DNA from: Candidatus Woesearchaeota archaeon | GTDB taxonomy: Archaea > Nanobdellota > Nanobdellia > Woesearchaeales > JAGVYU01 | Direction: 5' to 3' | Assembly (NCBI GenBank): GCA_043810355.1 | Contig: JBDROB010000075.1 | Span: 16,565-80,564, forward strand | DNA length: 64,000 nucleotides | Position numbers and translations under genes: made by a program | Notes under the pieces: model-generated | Databases searched by the model: none | What the model was told of the DNA's origin: nothing | What the model saw: the letters and a program-made list of their open reading frames with translations, nothing else | Part shown: positions 1-8,434 of the stretch, piece after piece | How the letters are laid out: every line of letters starts with the position of its first letter | Numbering within the stretch: the first letter of the stretch is position 1

Positions 1-464
1 GAATTGATACATTTAAAAGATATGACCAACACAAATTAATTTGGAAACTTTATATTCGGGGAAAAAGAAATATTTTAAGGTTTTACAAAGAAATCGGATT
101 CTTATTTGATTATAAGAATAAAAAGTTGGAGTATGTGGTGTATAATTATCAGAAAGACAGTTCATTAACAGATTTTGTCCCATTTATTTCTGATTATATT
201 AGGAATATATGTAATCATGAGTTTATACAAAAGCATAATTTTGATAGGTATACAAATATGAGGGATAATCATCAAAAGGTCACAAATATTGTCATGTCTA
301 AAACAGGATATGATCTTACTAGTATGTTTGAATATATTCTTCATTATAATTATCTTTTTGAGAAAGTAGTAAGTATTCAAGAAGCTGGTATAAAAAGAGT
401 TTTCTCAATTAAAGTTAAAAGTGACTGCCATTCATTTATCTCAAATGGGCTTATTAGCCACAAC
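1..464 (+). mobile_element. Intein inserted at the gyrA-a site (after the catalytic Tyr, before the TEARL Thr). Only the C-terminal ~154 aa are in the window: a homing-endonuclease-like region plus splicing blocks F and G.
   Basis: '...[22 protein letters not shown]|TEARL' has the block G terminal His-Asn (codons 459-464) followed by the +1 Thr at 465. This is the same site as the mycobacterial GyrA inteins. Confidence 0.7.
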
Positions 465-2819
465 ACAGAGGCACGCTTAAACAAATTAGCTGAAGAGATG
501 CTTGTTGACATTGATAAGAAAACAGTTAAGTTTGTTCCAAACTTTGATGAAAGTCTTGAAGAACCATCGGTTCTTCCTTCAAAAGTGCCTAATCTTCTTG
601 TAAATGGTTCATCTGGTATTGCAGTGGGTATGGCTACTAATATTCCTCCTCATAACATGTCTGAGATATGTGATGGAGTTATCCATGTTATTGATAATCC
701 TGAAGCTACATCAAAAGAATTAATGGAATTTGTCAAAGGACCAGATTTCCCTACAGGAGGGATAATCCAAGGTGTTATAGGTCTTAAATCAGCTTATAAG
801 ACTGGCAGGGGAAAGATTATAGTTAGGGCTAATCATAAGATTGAAGAGTTAAAAAAGGATAAGAATAGGATTATCATCAATGAGATTCCTTATCAGGTTA
901 ATAAGTCTATGTTGATTGAGGAGATTGCAAATCTTGTTAAGGATAAGAAAATAACAGGAATCTCTGATTTACGGGATGAATCTGACAGGGATGGCATGCG
1001 AATTGTCATCGAGCTTAAGACAGGAGCTAACCATGAAGTTGTTGTAAATCAATTGTTTAAGCATTCAAGATTGCAGATAACTTTTGGGATTATTCTTTTA
1101 TCTCTTGTTGATAACCAGCCAAGAGTGCTTAGTTTGCCTATTATGATCAAGGAATTCATTAATCATAGGCAGGTTGTTGTTAGAAAAAGGACTGAATTTG
1201 ATTTGACAAAAGCTGAGGATCGTGCTCACATTTTAGAAGGATTGATCATAGCCTTAAACAACATTGATGAGACTGTGGCTCTAGTTAAGAAATCAAAGAC
1301 AGTTGATGAGGCTAGAAATGCATTGATATCAAGGTTCTCTTTGACTGAAAAACAGGCTCAGGCAATTCTTGATATGCGATTGCAGCGCCTGACAAGCTTA
1401 GAGCAGGATAAGATAAAAGATGAGCATGATAAACTACTTGAGCTGATCAAGGAGTTGAAGGGGATTTTGGCTGACGAAAACAGGATTCTGTCAATAATCA
1501 AATCTGAACTAAGGGAGTTGAAAGAAAATTATGGTGATGAAAGGAAGACTGTCATCAGTGAAAAAGAGAAGGAAGTCATTGATGATGTAGATCTTATCCA
1601 GTCTGTGGATATGGCAATTACAATTAGCAATAATGGTTATATCAAGAGGACTCCTTTGAATATTTATAAGAGTCAAAAAAGGGGAGGTAAAGGTATTATT
1701 GCTGCTACAACAAGAGAAGAGGATTTTGTCTCTGACTTGTTTATTGCCAATACTCATGATTACATTTTATTCTTCACAGAAAAAGGTAATGTTCATTGGA
1801 AAAAGGTTTATGAGATCCCTCTTGGTGCAAGACAGGCTAAAGGGACTCCAATTGTAAATTTATTGAATGTTAAGGATGAAGGAAAGGTTACTGCATCAAT
1901 CCCTATCAAGGAATTCAGGGATGATGAATATCTTGTAATGGCAACTAAAAAAGGCATTGTAAAAAAGACAAGCCTTATACAATACTCAAGGCCTAGAAGA
2001 GGGGGTATTATTGCGATTGTTATTGATAATGATGATGAGCTAGTCGATGTTAGACTTACAGATGGTTCAAAAGATATACTTTTGGCTACAAAAAAAGGTC
2101 TGGCTATTCGTTTTAATGAAAAGGATTGCAGGCCTATTGGAAGGGTCTCAAGAGGTGTAAGAGGCATTTCCCTTAAAAAAGATGATGAGGTTGTTGACTT
2201 GATCACTTTGGAAGAAAATACTTCAATACTTACTGTGACTGAGAATGGATATGGTAAGAGGACTGATGTTGAGGAGTATAGGAGGATTGGTAGAGGAGGA
2301 GTTGGAGTAATAAATATTCAATGTGATGAAAGAAACGGCAATGTTGTTTCTGTTAAGAGTGTGCTTGATGTTGATGAGATCATGGTCATTAGCAGGAATG
2401 GGATAACCATCAGGATTAAGTCAGAGGATATATCAATCATAGGCAGGAACACAAAAGGAGTCCGTATCATGAGGCTTGGAGAGAATGATAAGGTTGTAAA
2501 AGCTGCCAAGATCATAAAGGATGATCATGATGATAATAACAATAATAACAACAATGACCACAATGACAATAATGCTAATGATAAGGATGATGAAGAAAAA
2601 GAAGTGGATGATAAAATTAATAACAAGGATAATATAGGAAAAGATATTGATGATAATATTGAAGATGACCAGCATGATAATGACCAACAAGATGATGAAA
2701 AAGATCAATACAATGAACCAAAAATACTAGAGTCTGACATAAACAAGACTGCTGTGGAGCAAATCAATGGGGATAGTCCAGAAAATGAAGATAATGAAGA
2801 ATTTAAAGAAAATGAATAA
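1..2819 (+). CDS. gyrA: DNA gyrase subunit A, 5'-partial. The frame is open from base 3 (no stop before the listed Met at 126). An intein C-terminal portion is followed by the GyrA C-extein from Thr at 465, and the protein ends in an Asn/Asp-rich low-complexity tail.
   Basis: C-extein '[13 protein letters not shown]...[24 protein letters not shown]...EIPYQVNK...[18 protein letters not shown]...[14 protein letters not shown]' matches GyrA at high identity. Translation from base 3 gives I D T F K R Y... with no stop codons. Confidence 0.85.
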   Translation, partial: IDTFKRYDQHKLIWKLYIRGKRNILRFYKEIGFLFDYKNKKLEYVVYNYQKDSSLTDFVPFISDYIRNICNHEFIQKHNFDRYTNMRDNHQKVTNIVMSKTGYDLTSMFEYILHYNYLFEKVVSIQEAGIKRVFSIKVKSDCHSFISNGLISHNTEARLNKLAEEMLVDIDKKTVKFVPNFDESLEEPSVLPSKVPNLLVNGSSGIAVGMATNIPPHNMSEICDGVIHVIDNPEATSKELMEFVKGPDFPTGGIIQGVIGLKSAYKTGRGKIIVRANHKIEELKKDKNRIIINEIPYQVNKSMLIEEIANLVKDKKITGISDLRDESDRDGMRIVIELKTGANHEVVVNQLFKHSRLQITFGIILLSLVDNQPRVLSLPIMIKEFINHRQVVVRKRTEFDLTKAEDRAHILEGLIIALNNIDETVALVKKSKTVDEARNALISRFSLTEKQAQAILDMRLQRLTSLEQDKIKDEHDKLLELIKELKGILADENRILSIIKSELRELKENYGDERKTVISEKEKEVIDDVDLIQSVDMAITISNNGYIKRTPLNIYKSQKRGGKGIIAATTREEDFVSDLFIANTHDYILFFTEKGNVHWKKVYEIPLGARQAKGTPIVNLLNVKDEGKVTASIPIKEFRDDEYLVMATKKGIVKKTSLIQYSRPRRGGIIAIVIDNDDELVDVRLTDGSKDILLATKKGLAIRFNEKDCRPIGRVSRGVRGISLKKDDEVVDLITLEENTSILTVTENGYGKRTDVEEYRRIGRGGVGVINIQCDERNGNVVSVKSVLDVDEIMVISRNGITIRIKSEDISIIGRNTKGVRIMRLGENDKVVKAAKIIKDDHDDNNNNNNNDHNDNNANDKDDEEKEVDDKINNKDNIGKDIDDNIEDDQHDNDQQDDEKDQYNEPKILESDINKTAVEQINGDSPENEDNEEFKENE

Positions 2820-2846
2820 AATGAATAAAATGAATAAAATGATAAT
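2811..2846. repeat. Tandem 9-nt repeat (aatgaataa) x3.5 overlapping the gyrA stop, giving iterated in-frame TAA stops.
   Basis: Direct reading: aatgaataa aatgaataa aatgaataa aatgataat. Confidence 0.6.
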
Positions 2847-2918
2847 AGTCTAAATAGTGATCAAAACAATGATCAAAACAATTAATTTTTTATAAAGGCA
2901 TATCTTTTTCTTTTTAAT

Positions 2919-4109
2919 ATGAAAAATATGAAAGCATTAGCAATAACATCGATTGGAATTGAGGATATATGTTCATTAGAGATAAAAGACTTGATCAATA
3001 CAGATTCAGAACCACATAAAGGATGTGTTGAGTTTAATATAAAAAAACATCAAGACCTGTTCAAACTTTGCTACCTTTCCCAATCCAGTTCTAGAATTCT
3101 TCTATTATTGTCAAATTTCATGGCAGGGTCATCAAAGTCAGGAAAGTCTGAAAAGTCAATAAAGTCAGTATTCTTGAATGAGCTTAAAAAAAATATTTCA
3201 AAAATTGATTTTAGTGAATGGCTTGATGATAATATTAGGTTTGCTGTAAAATGCCAGAGGATAGGAATCCATGATTTTAATTCAGTTGATATTGAGAAGA
3301 CAGCTGCTGACTCAATCAATGATTACAAGGCTAAAGTGGATCTTAAGAGTCCAGATATGATTATATACATATATTTGATTGACAATGAATGTTATATTGG
3401 AATTGACTTTTCTGGAAAAGACCTGAGCAAGCGTGATTACAAGATTTTTAGCAACATCCGCTCGCTTAAGTCAAATATTGCTTATTCATTGGTCAGAATT
3501 GCAGATTTTAGAAAAGACCAGATTTTGATTGATCCTTTCTGTGGTTCAGGAGAGATTCCGATTGAAGCCACTATTTATGCATCAAACTTTCCTCAAAATC
3601 ATTTTTCAAAAGACTCTTTTGCTTTCTTGAATTTTCCAATGTTCAAGGATTTTGATTTTGACGAGTTCTTTGATAATATTGATAAGAATATCAGGCAAGA
3701 TAAAACAAATATATATGCTTTTGATAACCAGTTAAAGAATATACTGGCTGTGAAGAAAAATGCAAAGATTGCCAGTATCCAGAAATATTTGTCAATATCA
3801 AGGGTGGATATTGATTGGCTTGAGACAAAGTTCAAGCAGAACTCTGTTGATATTATTATCACTCATATTCCAGATGTTCCTAAGCACAATGATCCAAAGC
3901 CAATCCTCAATGTTTTGGATGACTTTTTCTGGGAGGCAGAATTCATTCTAAAACCATCTGGTTCAATTGTCACAATCTCAAGAAGCATTGAATCATTAAA
4001 GCCACCTATTAAGAAATATAAATTCACAATCAAAGAGACCAGAGAGGTTTGGCAGGGAAAAGAGAGATTGATTGTCTTAAATATCCAGAAAAATAAGCAA
4101 CCTTTATAA
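2919..4109 (+). CDS. THUMP-domain class I SAM-dependent RNA methyltransferase (Trm14/RlmL-like, COG0116 family) with a degenerate motif IV.
   Basis: N-terminal 'ALAITSIGIEDICSLEIKDL' THUMP-like region. Motif I 'LIDPFCGSGEIPIEA'. The expected (D/N)PP(Y/F) is replaced by 'IITHIPDV'. Confidence 0.55.
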   Translation: MKNMKALAITSIGIEDICSLEIKDLINTDSEPHKGCVEFNIKKHQDLFKLCYLSQSSSRILLLLSNFMAGSSKSGKSEKSIKSVFLNELKKNISKIDFSEWLDDNIRFAVKCQRIGIHDFNSVDIEKTAADSINDYKAKVDLKSPDMIIYIYLIDNECYIGIDFSGKDLSKRDYKIFSNIRSLKSNIAYSLVRIADFRKDQILIDPFCGSGEIPIEATIYASNFPQNHFSKDSFAFLNFPMFKDFDFDEFFDNIDKNIRQDKTNIYAFDNQLKNILAVKKNAKIASIQKYLSISRVDIDWLETKFKQNSVDIIITHIPDVPKHNDPKPILNVLDDFFWEAEFILKPSGSIVTISRSIESLKPPIKKYKFTIKETREVWQGKERLIVLNIQKNKQPL

Positions 4110-4112
4110 ACC
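4101..4112 (+). promoter_or_regulatory. Archaeal TATA box (cctttataaacc) about 25-30 nt upstream of the predicted RNase P RNA 5' end.
   Basis: TTTATAAA at 4104-4111, with the P1 5' strand starting at about 4136. Confidence 0.45.
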
Positions 4113-4135
4113 AATTTTCATTCTTTTTTCACATA

Positions 4136-4483
4136 GGAAGGGAAATTAGCTTACGGTGGCTCTTTGGAGTCATTGAGGAAAGTCCGCCCACCATTCGCTC
4201 TGATTTATCATTGCGATTATAGCCACTCATGGGAATGAGTTGCAGTGATGTGAGGCAACCGCTCAGAAACGATACCGCCTTAAGGTATAGGATGAAATCC
4301 GTGAACCGCTTGGCAACAAGCGCAAGTTAACCGGAAGACGTTCTTAAGGAATGGATGAAACGGCGAGTCCAGGCTGGTGCAAGTAGATTATCTACGCTTA
4401 GTTAAATGCTAACCAGGCTATCAAATAAGGCGCTAAGTCTTTTTTATCAAGGGCCTGACAGAAGGCGGCTTATTCCTTTCCTA
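4136..4483 (+). ncRNA. rnpB: RNase P RNA (archaeal type), about 350 nt. Ends are approximate.
   Basis: CR-I 'GAGGAAAGUCCGCC' at ~4177-4190. CR-V 'ACAGAAGGCGGCUUAUUC' at ~4457-4474. The P4 strands CCGCC/GGCGG pair. P1 pairing 5' GGAAGGGA (4136-4143) with 3' UCCUUUCC (4474-4481). An oligo-T tract follows at 4486-4496. Confidence 0.72.
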
Positions 4484-4526
4484 TATTTTCTTTTTTAGCA
4501 ACCTACAAAAAAGTTAAAATCTTTTT

Positions 4527-4557
4527 TTAGGTTCGAAAACCAAGAGTTTTCGTAACC
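4527..4557 (+). other. Strong 11-bp stem-loop with one bulged U (GGUUCGAAAACC/GUUUUCGUAACC), followed by a U-tract, between the RNase P RNA and the sec61beta ORF.
   Basis: Manual complementarity check of aggttcgaaaaccaagagttttcgtaacct. Confidence 0.4.
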
Positions 4558-4591
4558 TTTTTATATCAAATAATATTCTTATATTAGTAAT

Positions 4592-4765
4592 ATGGCAAGA
4601 GACAAGATTTCAATGCCTTCTTCAATGGGAGGATTAGTAAGATATTTTGATGAGTACAAGTCAAAGATAGAGTTTAAGCCAGGCCATATTATTGTTCTTA
4701 TCATTATTGTTATCATAATTGAGTTGGTTCTGCATTTGTATGGTAAGGCTTGGTTAGGTGTATAA
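4592..4765 (+). CDS. secG: Preprotein translocase subunit Sec61beta/SecG (archaeal), 57 aa. Not in the supplied ORF track because it is under 60 aa.
   Basis: Translation MARDKISMPSSMGGLVRYFDEYKSKIEFKPGHIIVLIIIVIIIELVLHLYGKAWLGV. The conserved 'GLVRYF(D/E)E' motif is followed by a single C-terminal TM helix. Confidence 0.75.
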   Translation: MARDKISMPSSMGGLVRYFDEYKSKIEFKPGHIIVLIIIVIIIELVLHLYGKAWLGV

Positions 4766-4766
4766 T

Positions 4767-5108
4767 ATGTTTCCTGGCGTTAATCCAAAGATGATGAAGC
4801 AGGCTATGAAAAAGATGGGTATGCAGCAGGTAGATATTGATGCCACTCAAGTTATTATTAAAACACCTGAAAAAAACCTAATAATTGATAATCCTGAAGT
4901 AGCAAAAGTTACAGCAATGGGTCAGGAGACATTCCAGATTTCTGGTGAAGTGAGGGAAGAGGCAATATCATCTGAGCCTGACATAAGTGAAGATGATATC
5001 CAGACAGTGATGGACCAGACAAATTGCTCAGAACAAGAGGCAAAAGAAGCTATTGAAAAATCTGAAGGAGATCTTGCTCAAGCGATTCTTGAACTTAAAA
5101 AAGAATAA
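4767..5108 (+). CDS. nac: Nascent polypeptide-associated complex alpha subunit (NAC domain plus C-terminal UBA domain). The ATG at 4767 is preferred over the GTG at 4758 used by the ORF track.
   Basis: 'MFPGVNPKMMKQAMKKMGMQQVDIDATQVIIKT' NAC signature. C-terminal 'SEQEAKEAIEKSEGDLAQAILEL' is UBA-like. Confidence 0.8.
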   Translation: MFPGVNPKMMKQAMKKMGMQQVDIDATQVIIKTPEKNLIIDNPEVAKVTAMGQETFQISGEVREEAISSEPDISEDDIQTVMDQTNCSEQEAKEAIEKSEGDLAQAILELKKE

Positions 5109-5169
5109 TCTTATTCTATACTCCATATTGCCACAAAATTAATATACTTTCCTCTATATAATAGGTATA

Positions 5170-5670
5170 ATGGAGAAATTCCAGGAGCTTTATGAGCTAT
5201 CTTTGAGCAAGATCAAAATAGCTGACCATATAGCAAATTCTACCTATTCTTTTGTTCAGGATCCTAAGCTTTTGATGAGATCAATAGAGAACATATTCCT
5301 TGCTTTGACATATTCAATGGGTGCTCTCCTTCATTATGAAAGGATGTTCAAAAGGGTTCCTATGTTCAAGGATACTTTTGAGGAAAAGATGATTATTTTG
5401 CAGCACAAAGTCGCGCCAAGATATAATATTGATAGGGAATACATACTCTTGATGAGAAATTTGAAAGAGATCATATTAGAGCATCATAACAGCCCTGTAG
5501 AGTTTGTGAGAGGCAATGAATTGATGATATGTGATGATGATTACAAGATCAAAAAGATTGATCTTGATTTGATCAGAGGTTATATAAGCAAGTCAAAATC
5601 CTTTTTAGATGAGGTTGATTCTATCATGTCAAGAAACAAATCTGTTTTTAGCAGGAAATTACTCCTTTGA
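5170..5670 (+). CDS. Hypothetical protein. Its N-terminal helices are paralogous to the next small gene and possibly HEPN-like.
   Basis: 'IADHIANSTYSFVQDPKLLMRSIENIFLALTYSMGALLHYE' aligns with 'RADHLIFVSLKYTRTVDVIKSIIERLINCLDFSIIALLESYKE' of ORF 5713. Confidence 0.5.
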   Translation: MEKFQELYELSLSKIKIADHIANSTYSFVQDPKLLMRSIENIFLALTYSMGALLHYERMFKRVPMFKDTFEEKMIILQHKVAPRYNIDREYILLMRNLKEIILEHHNSPVEFVRGNELMICDDDYKIKKIDLDLIRGYISKSKSFLDEVDSIMSRNKSVFSRKLLL

Positions 5671-5712
5671 TTAAAGGAAACATTTAATAATAATTAAATC
5701 TTATGATATAAA

Positions 5713-5967
5713 ATGGCTGATATAATAGATAATGAGAATTTGCAGGAGGCCTTTTCTGAACTAAAGCGTGCTGATCATCTTATATTTGTTAGTTTGAAGT
5801 ATACAAGGACTGTTGATGTTATCAAGAGCATAATTGAAAGATTGATCAATTGTCTTGATTTTTCAATCATTGCTCTGCTGGAATCTTATAAGGAAAAAAA
5901 GAAGATCACAGATATTCCCTCTTCGCCTGTGGCAAGGGCAAAAAAAATTAAAAGGGATGATAGATGA
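5713..5967 (+). CDS. Hypothetical small protein (84 aa), HEPN-like N-terminal half.
   Basis: Helical pattern A..L....Y......S..E....ALL typical of HEPN N-terminal helices. Its stop overlaps the next start in ATGATAGATGA. Confidence 0.45.
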   Translation: MADIIDNENLQEAFSELKRADHLIFVSLKYTRTVDVIKSIIERLINCLDFSIIALLESYKEKKKITDIPSSPVARAKKIKRDDR

Positions 5968-6181
5968 TGAGTCAATATTGGAGATCCTTGATACTTATTT
6001 GTTGTGGAGGAAGATTACAAATGCTGAGTTCACAAGGGCAAGGGAGTTCAGAAGGCATGTTACAATGACTGCTATAGTGGATAATGGTGCCATTGAAGTG
6101 AATATTGATGTAATTTATGAATATTATGACAAGACAAAGGAATTTTTTAAGCATATAAAAGATATTATTGAATCATCATGA
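5957..6181 (+). CDS. Hypothetical small protein (74 aa) carrying an Rx4H motif ('REFRRH'). Possibly the C-terminal half of a split or frameshifted HEPN domain.
   Basis: Internal ATG of ORF 5855-6181. The upstream 34 codons of that ORF overlap ORF 5713 in another frame. Its stop overlaps the MinD start (ATGA). Confidence 0.4.
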   Translation: MIDDESILEILDTYLLWRKITNAEFTRAREFRRHVTMTAIVDNGAIEVNIDVIYEYYDKTKEFFKHIKDIIESS

Positions 6182-6951
6182 CAAAATTTATTGTTATTGC
6201 ATCTGGAAAAGGAGGTGTTGGAAAGACAACTGCCTCTTTGAATATTGGAAATGCTCTTACTGACTTTGGCAGGGATGTAATTGTAATAGACGCAAATGTC
6301 TCAAAACCAAATATTGGGCTTCATCTTGGTAGGAATAAATTGGGTTCCTCGCTTAATGATGTATTGAAAGGGAACAAGTCTATTAGGGAAGTAGTTTATA
6401 TGCATCCCTCTGGCTTAAAAGTTGTTCCTAACAGCATTAATATTGAGGATCTTAAGGATGTTGAGATAAAAAACCTTTCAAAATCATTAAAGGAATTGGA
6501 TGGTCTTACTGAAATTGTCATTATTGACGCTGCTCCTGGATTGCATGAAGAGGCTGTAGAGGCAATAAGGGCTGCTGATGAGATAATCATTGTGACAACA
6601 CCTGACTTGATTGCAGTGACTGATGCATTAAAGACAATTCAGATTGCTAAAAAGGTAGGAGTTAAAGTAATTGGAATTATTGTCAATAGGTTTGAAGGAC
6701 ATCCTTCAGATATGAAACCAAGAAATATTGAGCTGATGCTTGAAACTAAGATTATAGGCATTATCCCAGAGGATAAGAATATTAAGGAATCCCTCAGGCT
6801 TAAGCATCCTGTTACTTATTCTCATCCAGAAAGTCAATCTTCAATTAATTTCAAAAAGATTGCTGCATTTCTTATTGGAGAAAAATATGATTCACCTTTA
6901 AAAATAGATTCTCAGTTTGAGAAAATCCTGAAAAAGACTGGAATAAAATAG
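6178..6951 (+). CDS. minD: MinD/ParA-family P-loop ATPase (archaeal MinD-like).
   Basis: Deviant Walker A 'IASGKGGVGKTT'. Switch regions 'IDAAPG' and 'IIVTTPD'. Confidence 0.85.
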   Translation: MTKFIVIASGKGGVGKTTASLNIGNALTDFGRDVIVIDANVSKPNIGLHLGRNKLGSSLNDVLKGNKSIREVVYMHPSGLKVVPNSINIEDLKDVEIKNLSKSLKELDGLTEIVIIDAAPGLHEEAVEAIRAADEIIIVTTPDLIAVTDALKTIQIAKKVGVKVIGIIVNRFEGHPSDMKPRNIELMLETKIIGIIPEDKNIKESLRLKHPVTYSHPESQSSINFKKIAAFLIGEKYDSPLKIDSQFEKILKKTGIK

Positions 6952-6955
6952 CAAG

Positions 6956-7477
6956 ATGAAAAGATTAGAACATAGATTAAAATCAAAAGGATGGAATCAG
7001 AAGGATATTAAGAAATCTATCAGAATACTTAAGAATGGTAAGAAGAATAGGGAAAAGCACATCCAGGTTCTTGACAAGCTGATATACATTTTTATTTTTA
7101 TTGTTGCAGTCTTTGCAAACATTGTCATGTCAATATTTCTTATCCCTCTTCTAATTGTTATGGAATCTACATCATCTTTCTTCTTAATAATAATCTCATT
7201 GGCTCTAATAAGTGGTGTGATATTCACTTTTTTGATTTATGAGATTGAATCTCTTGAGAAGAAACATCATATCTTATTAGGGATAATTGTGCCATTGATA
7301 GCATTAGTCAATATAATCATCATTGTTTTCATTTCAAACAGGCTTCTTGACCAGTTAAACACTTTCAAAGTCCATCAAAACCCAATAATTGTTCCAGTCC
7401 TCTACATCATATTCTTTCTTCTGCCCTATATAATCAGCCTTCTAAAGAACAAGCAATATAAATTATCCAAAATATAA
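6956..7477 (+). CDS. Hypothetical polytopic membrane protein (basic N-terminus plus ~4 TM helices).
   Basis: Hydrophobic segments. Lies in an operon position after minD. Confidence 0.55.
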   Translation: MKRLEHRLKSKGWNQKDIKKSIRILKNGKKNREKHIQVLDKLIYIFIFIVAVFANIVMSIFLIPLLIVMESTSSFFLIIISLALISGVIFTFLIYEIESLEKKHHILLGIIVPLIALVNIIIIVFISNRLLDQLNTFKVHQNPIIVPVLYIIFFLLPYIISLLKNKQYKLSKI

Positions 7478-7484
7478 TAAGAAA

Positions 7485-7720
7485 GGGTGGCTGCCGGGAC
7501 TTTCATGGAATGAATTAACATTTCAATTTGAACCCGAACTCCAGGATAACTGCATGAATCCACAGTCCTATGTACTAGCCAGGTTATACTACAGCCACCA
7601 ATGATTCTTTGCTCAGTTCATGGCCAGGTCGTGGGATTCCGAGCAAAGCGAGGAAATCCCACTTAGCTACCTTGATCAAACTTAGAAAGTTTGGCCAAGT
7701 TATACTACAGCCACCATAAG
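7485..7720 (+). ncRNA. Candidate structured ncRNA, possibly signal recognition particle (7S/SRP) RNA. Ends are uncertain.
   Basis: 5' GGUGGCUG is complementary to the 3' CAGCCACC, which is present twice (7594-7601 and 7712-7719). Internal helices include gggacuuucaugg/caugaauccacaguccu. The 'CCAGGUC...AGCAAAGC' segment at ~7624-7650 resembles the SRP helix-8 consensus CCAGGUC...AGCAGC. TATA-like 'tataaatt' lies ~25 nt upstream. No ORF. Confidence 0.4.
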
Positions 7721-7881
7721 CAAAAGAAATAACCTTATTCTTTTAAAACTTTTCTTATTTTTCGCCAAAACCGCAACCTTTATAAATCAAATTGTATCCC
7801 CATTTATTAGCCCGAGTTCAAGAGAGCGCTTTTAGGGTTATTAGAAGTGCTTATTCTTGTTAAAAACAACTCGATATTATA

Positions 7882-8373
7882 ATGGAAAAAAATCAACAAA
7901 CTCAAGTGAATAAAGATTTCAGGCATATAGTCAGGATTGGAAACACTGATTTAGATGGTTCTAAACCTATTTATCATGCTCTGACCAAGATAAAAGGTAT
8001 TGGGGTAATGTTTGCAAATCTTGTATGCTTTAAGACTAAAACAGATAAATATGCTATCACTGGAAATATGACCAATGAGCAGATAAAAAAACTTGATGAT
8101 TTTGTTTTAAAACCTAAAGATATCCCTTCATGGATGAGTAACAGGAGAAGAGATTATGAAACTGGTTCTGACATGCATTTGATTAGTGGAGATATTGATT
8201 TTTATGTTGATAATGATCTTAAAAGGCTCAAGATGATCAAGTCTTACAGGGGTATTAGGCACATGTTCCATCTCCCTGTGAGAGGGCAGAGGACAAAATC
8301 AAATTTCAGGAAGAATAAAGGAAAAGTTACTGGTGTGAAAAAATCTAAATCAGGTAAAAAAGCAGGTAAGTAG
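7882..8373 (+). CDS. rps13: 30S ribosomal protein S13 (uS13) with a Lys-rich C-terminal tail.
   Basis: 'DFRHIVRIGNTDLDGSKPIYHALTKIKGIG'. Confidence 0.9.
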   Translation: MEKNQQTQVNKDFRHIVRIGNTDLDGSKPIYHALTKIKGIGVMFANLVCFKTKTDKYAITGNMTNEQIKKLDDFVLKPKDIPSWMSNRRRDYETGSDMHLISGDIDFYVDNDLKRLKMIKSYRGIRHMFHLPVRGQRTKSNFRKNKGKVTGVKKSKSGKKAGK

Positions 8374-8434
8374 ACAATATATGTGCAATAAAATTAAAGA
8401 TGATCTTTAAGACTCATTTTTTCAGGTAATAAAT

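Noticed and set aside
165-2708. Several 60-130-aa ORFs antisense or out of frame within gyrA (165-380, 1509-1757, 1808-2206, 2318-2515, 2433-2708).
   Set aside because: They lie fully inside the well-supported GyrA frame and have low-complexity composition typical of shadow ORFs in AT-rich DNA.
5855-5956. N-terminal 34 codons of ORF 5855-6181 (MIFQSLLCWNLIRKKRRSQIFPLRLWQGQKKLKG).
   Set aside because: They overlap ORF 5713 in another frame. An internal ATG at 5957 gives a cleaner gene with stop/start overlap. A single frameshifted gene remains possible.
7578-7716. The two near-identical 23-nt copies (gccaggttatactacagccacca / gccaagttatactacagccacca) considered as attL/attR of an integrated element targeting a tRNA 3' end.
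   Set aside because: The copies are only ~116 bp apart, with no ORF, integrase or foreign DNA between them. Alternative 3' strands of a structured ncRNA, or a local duplication, fit better.
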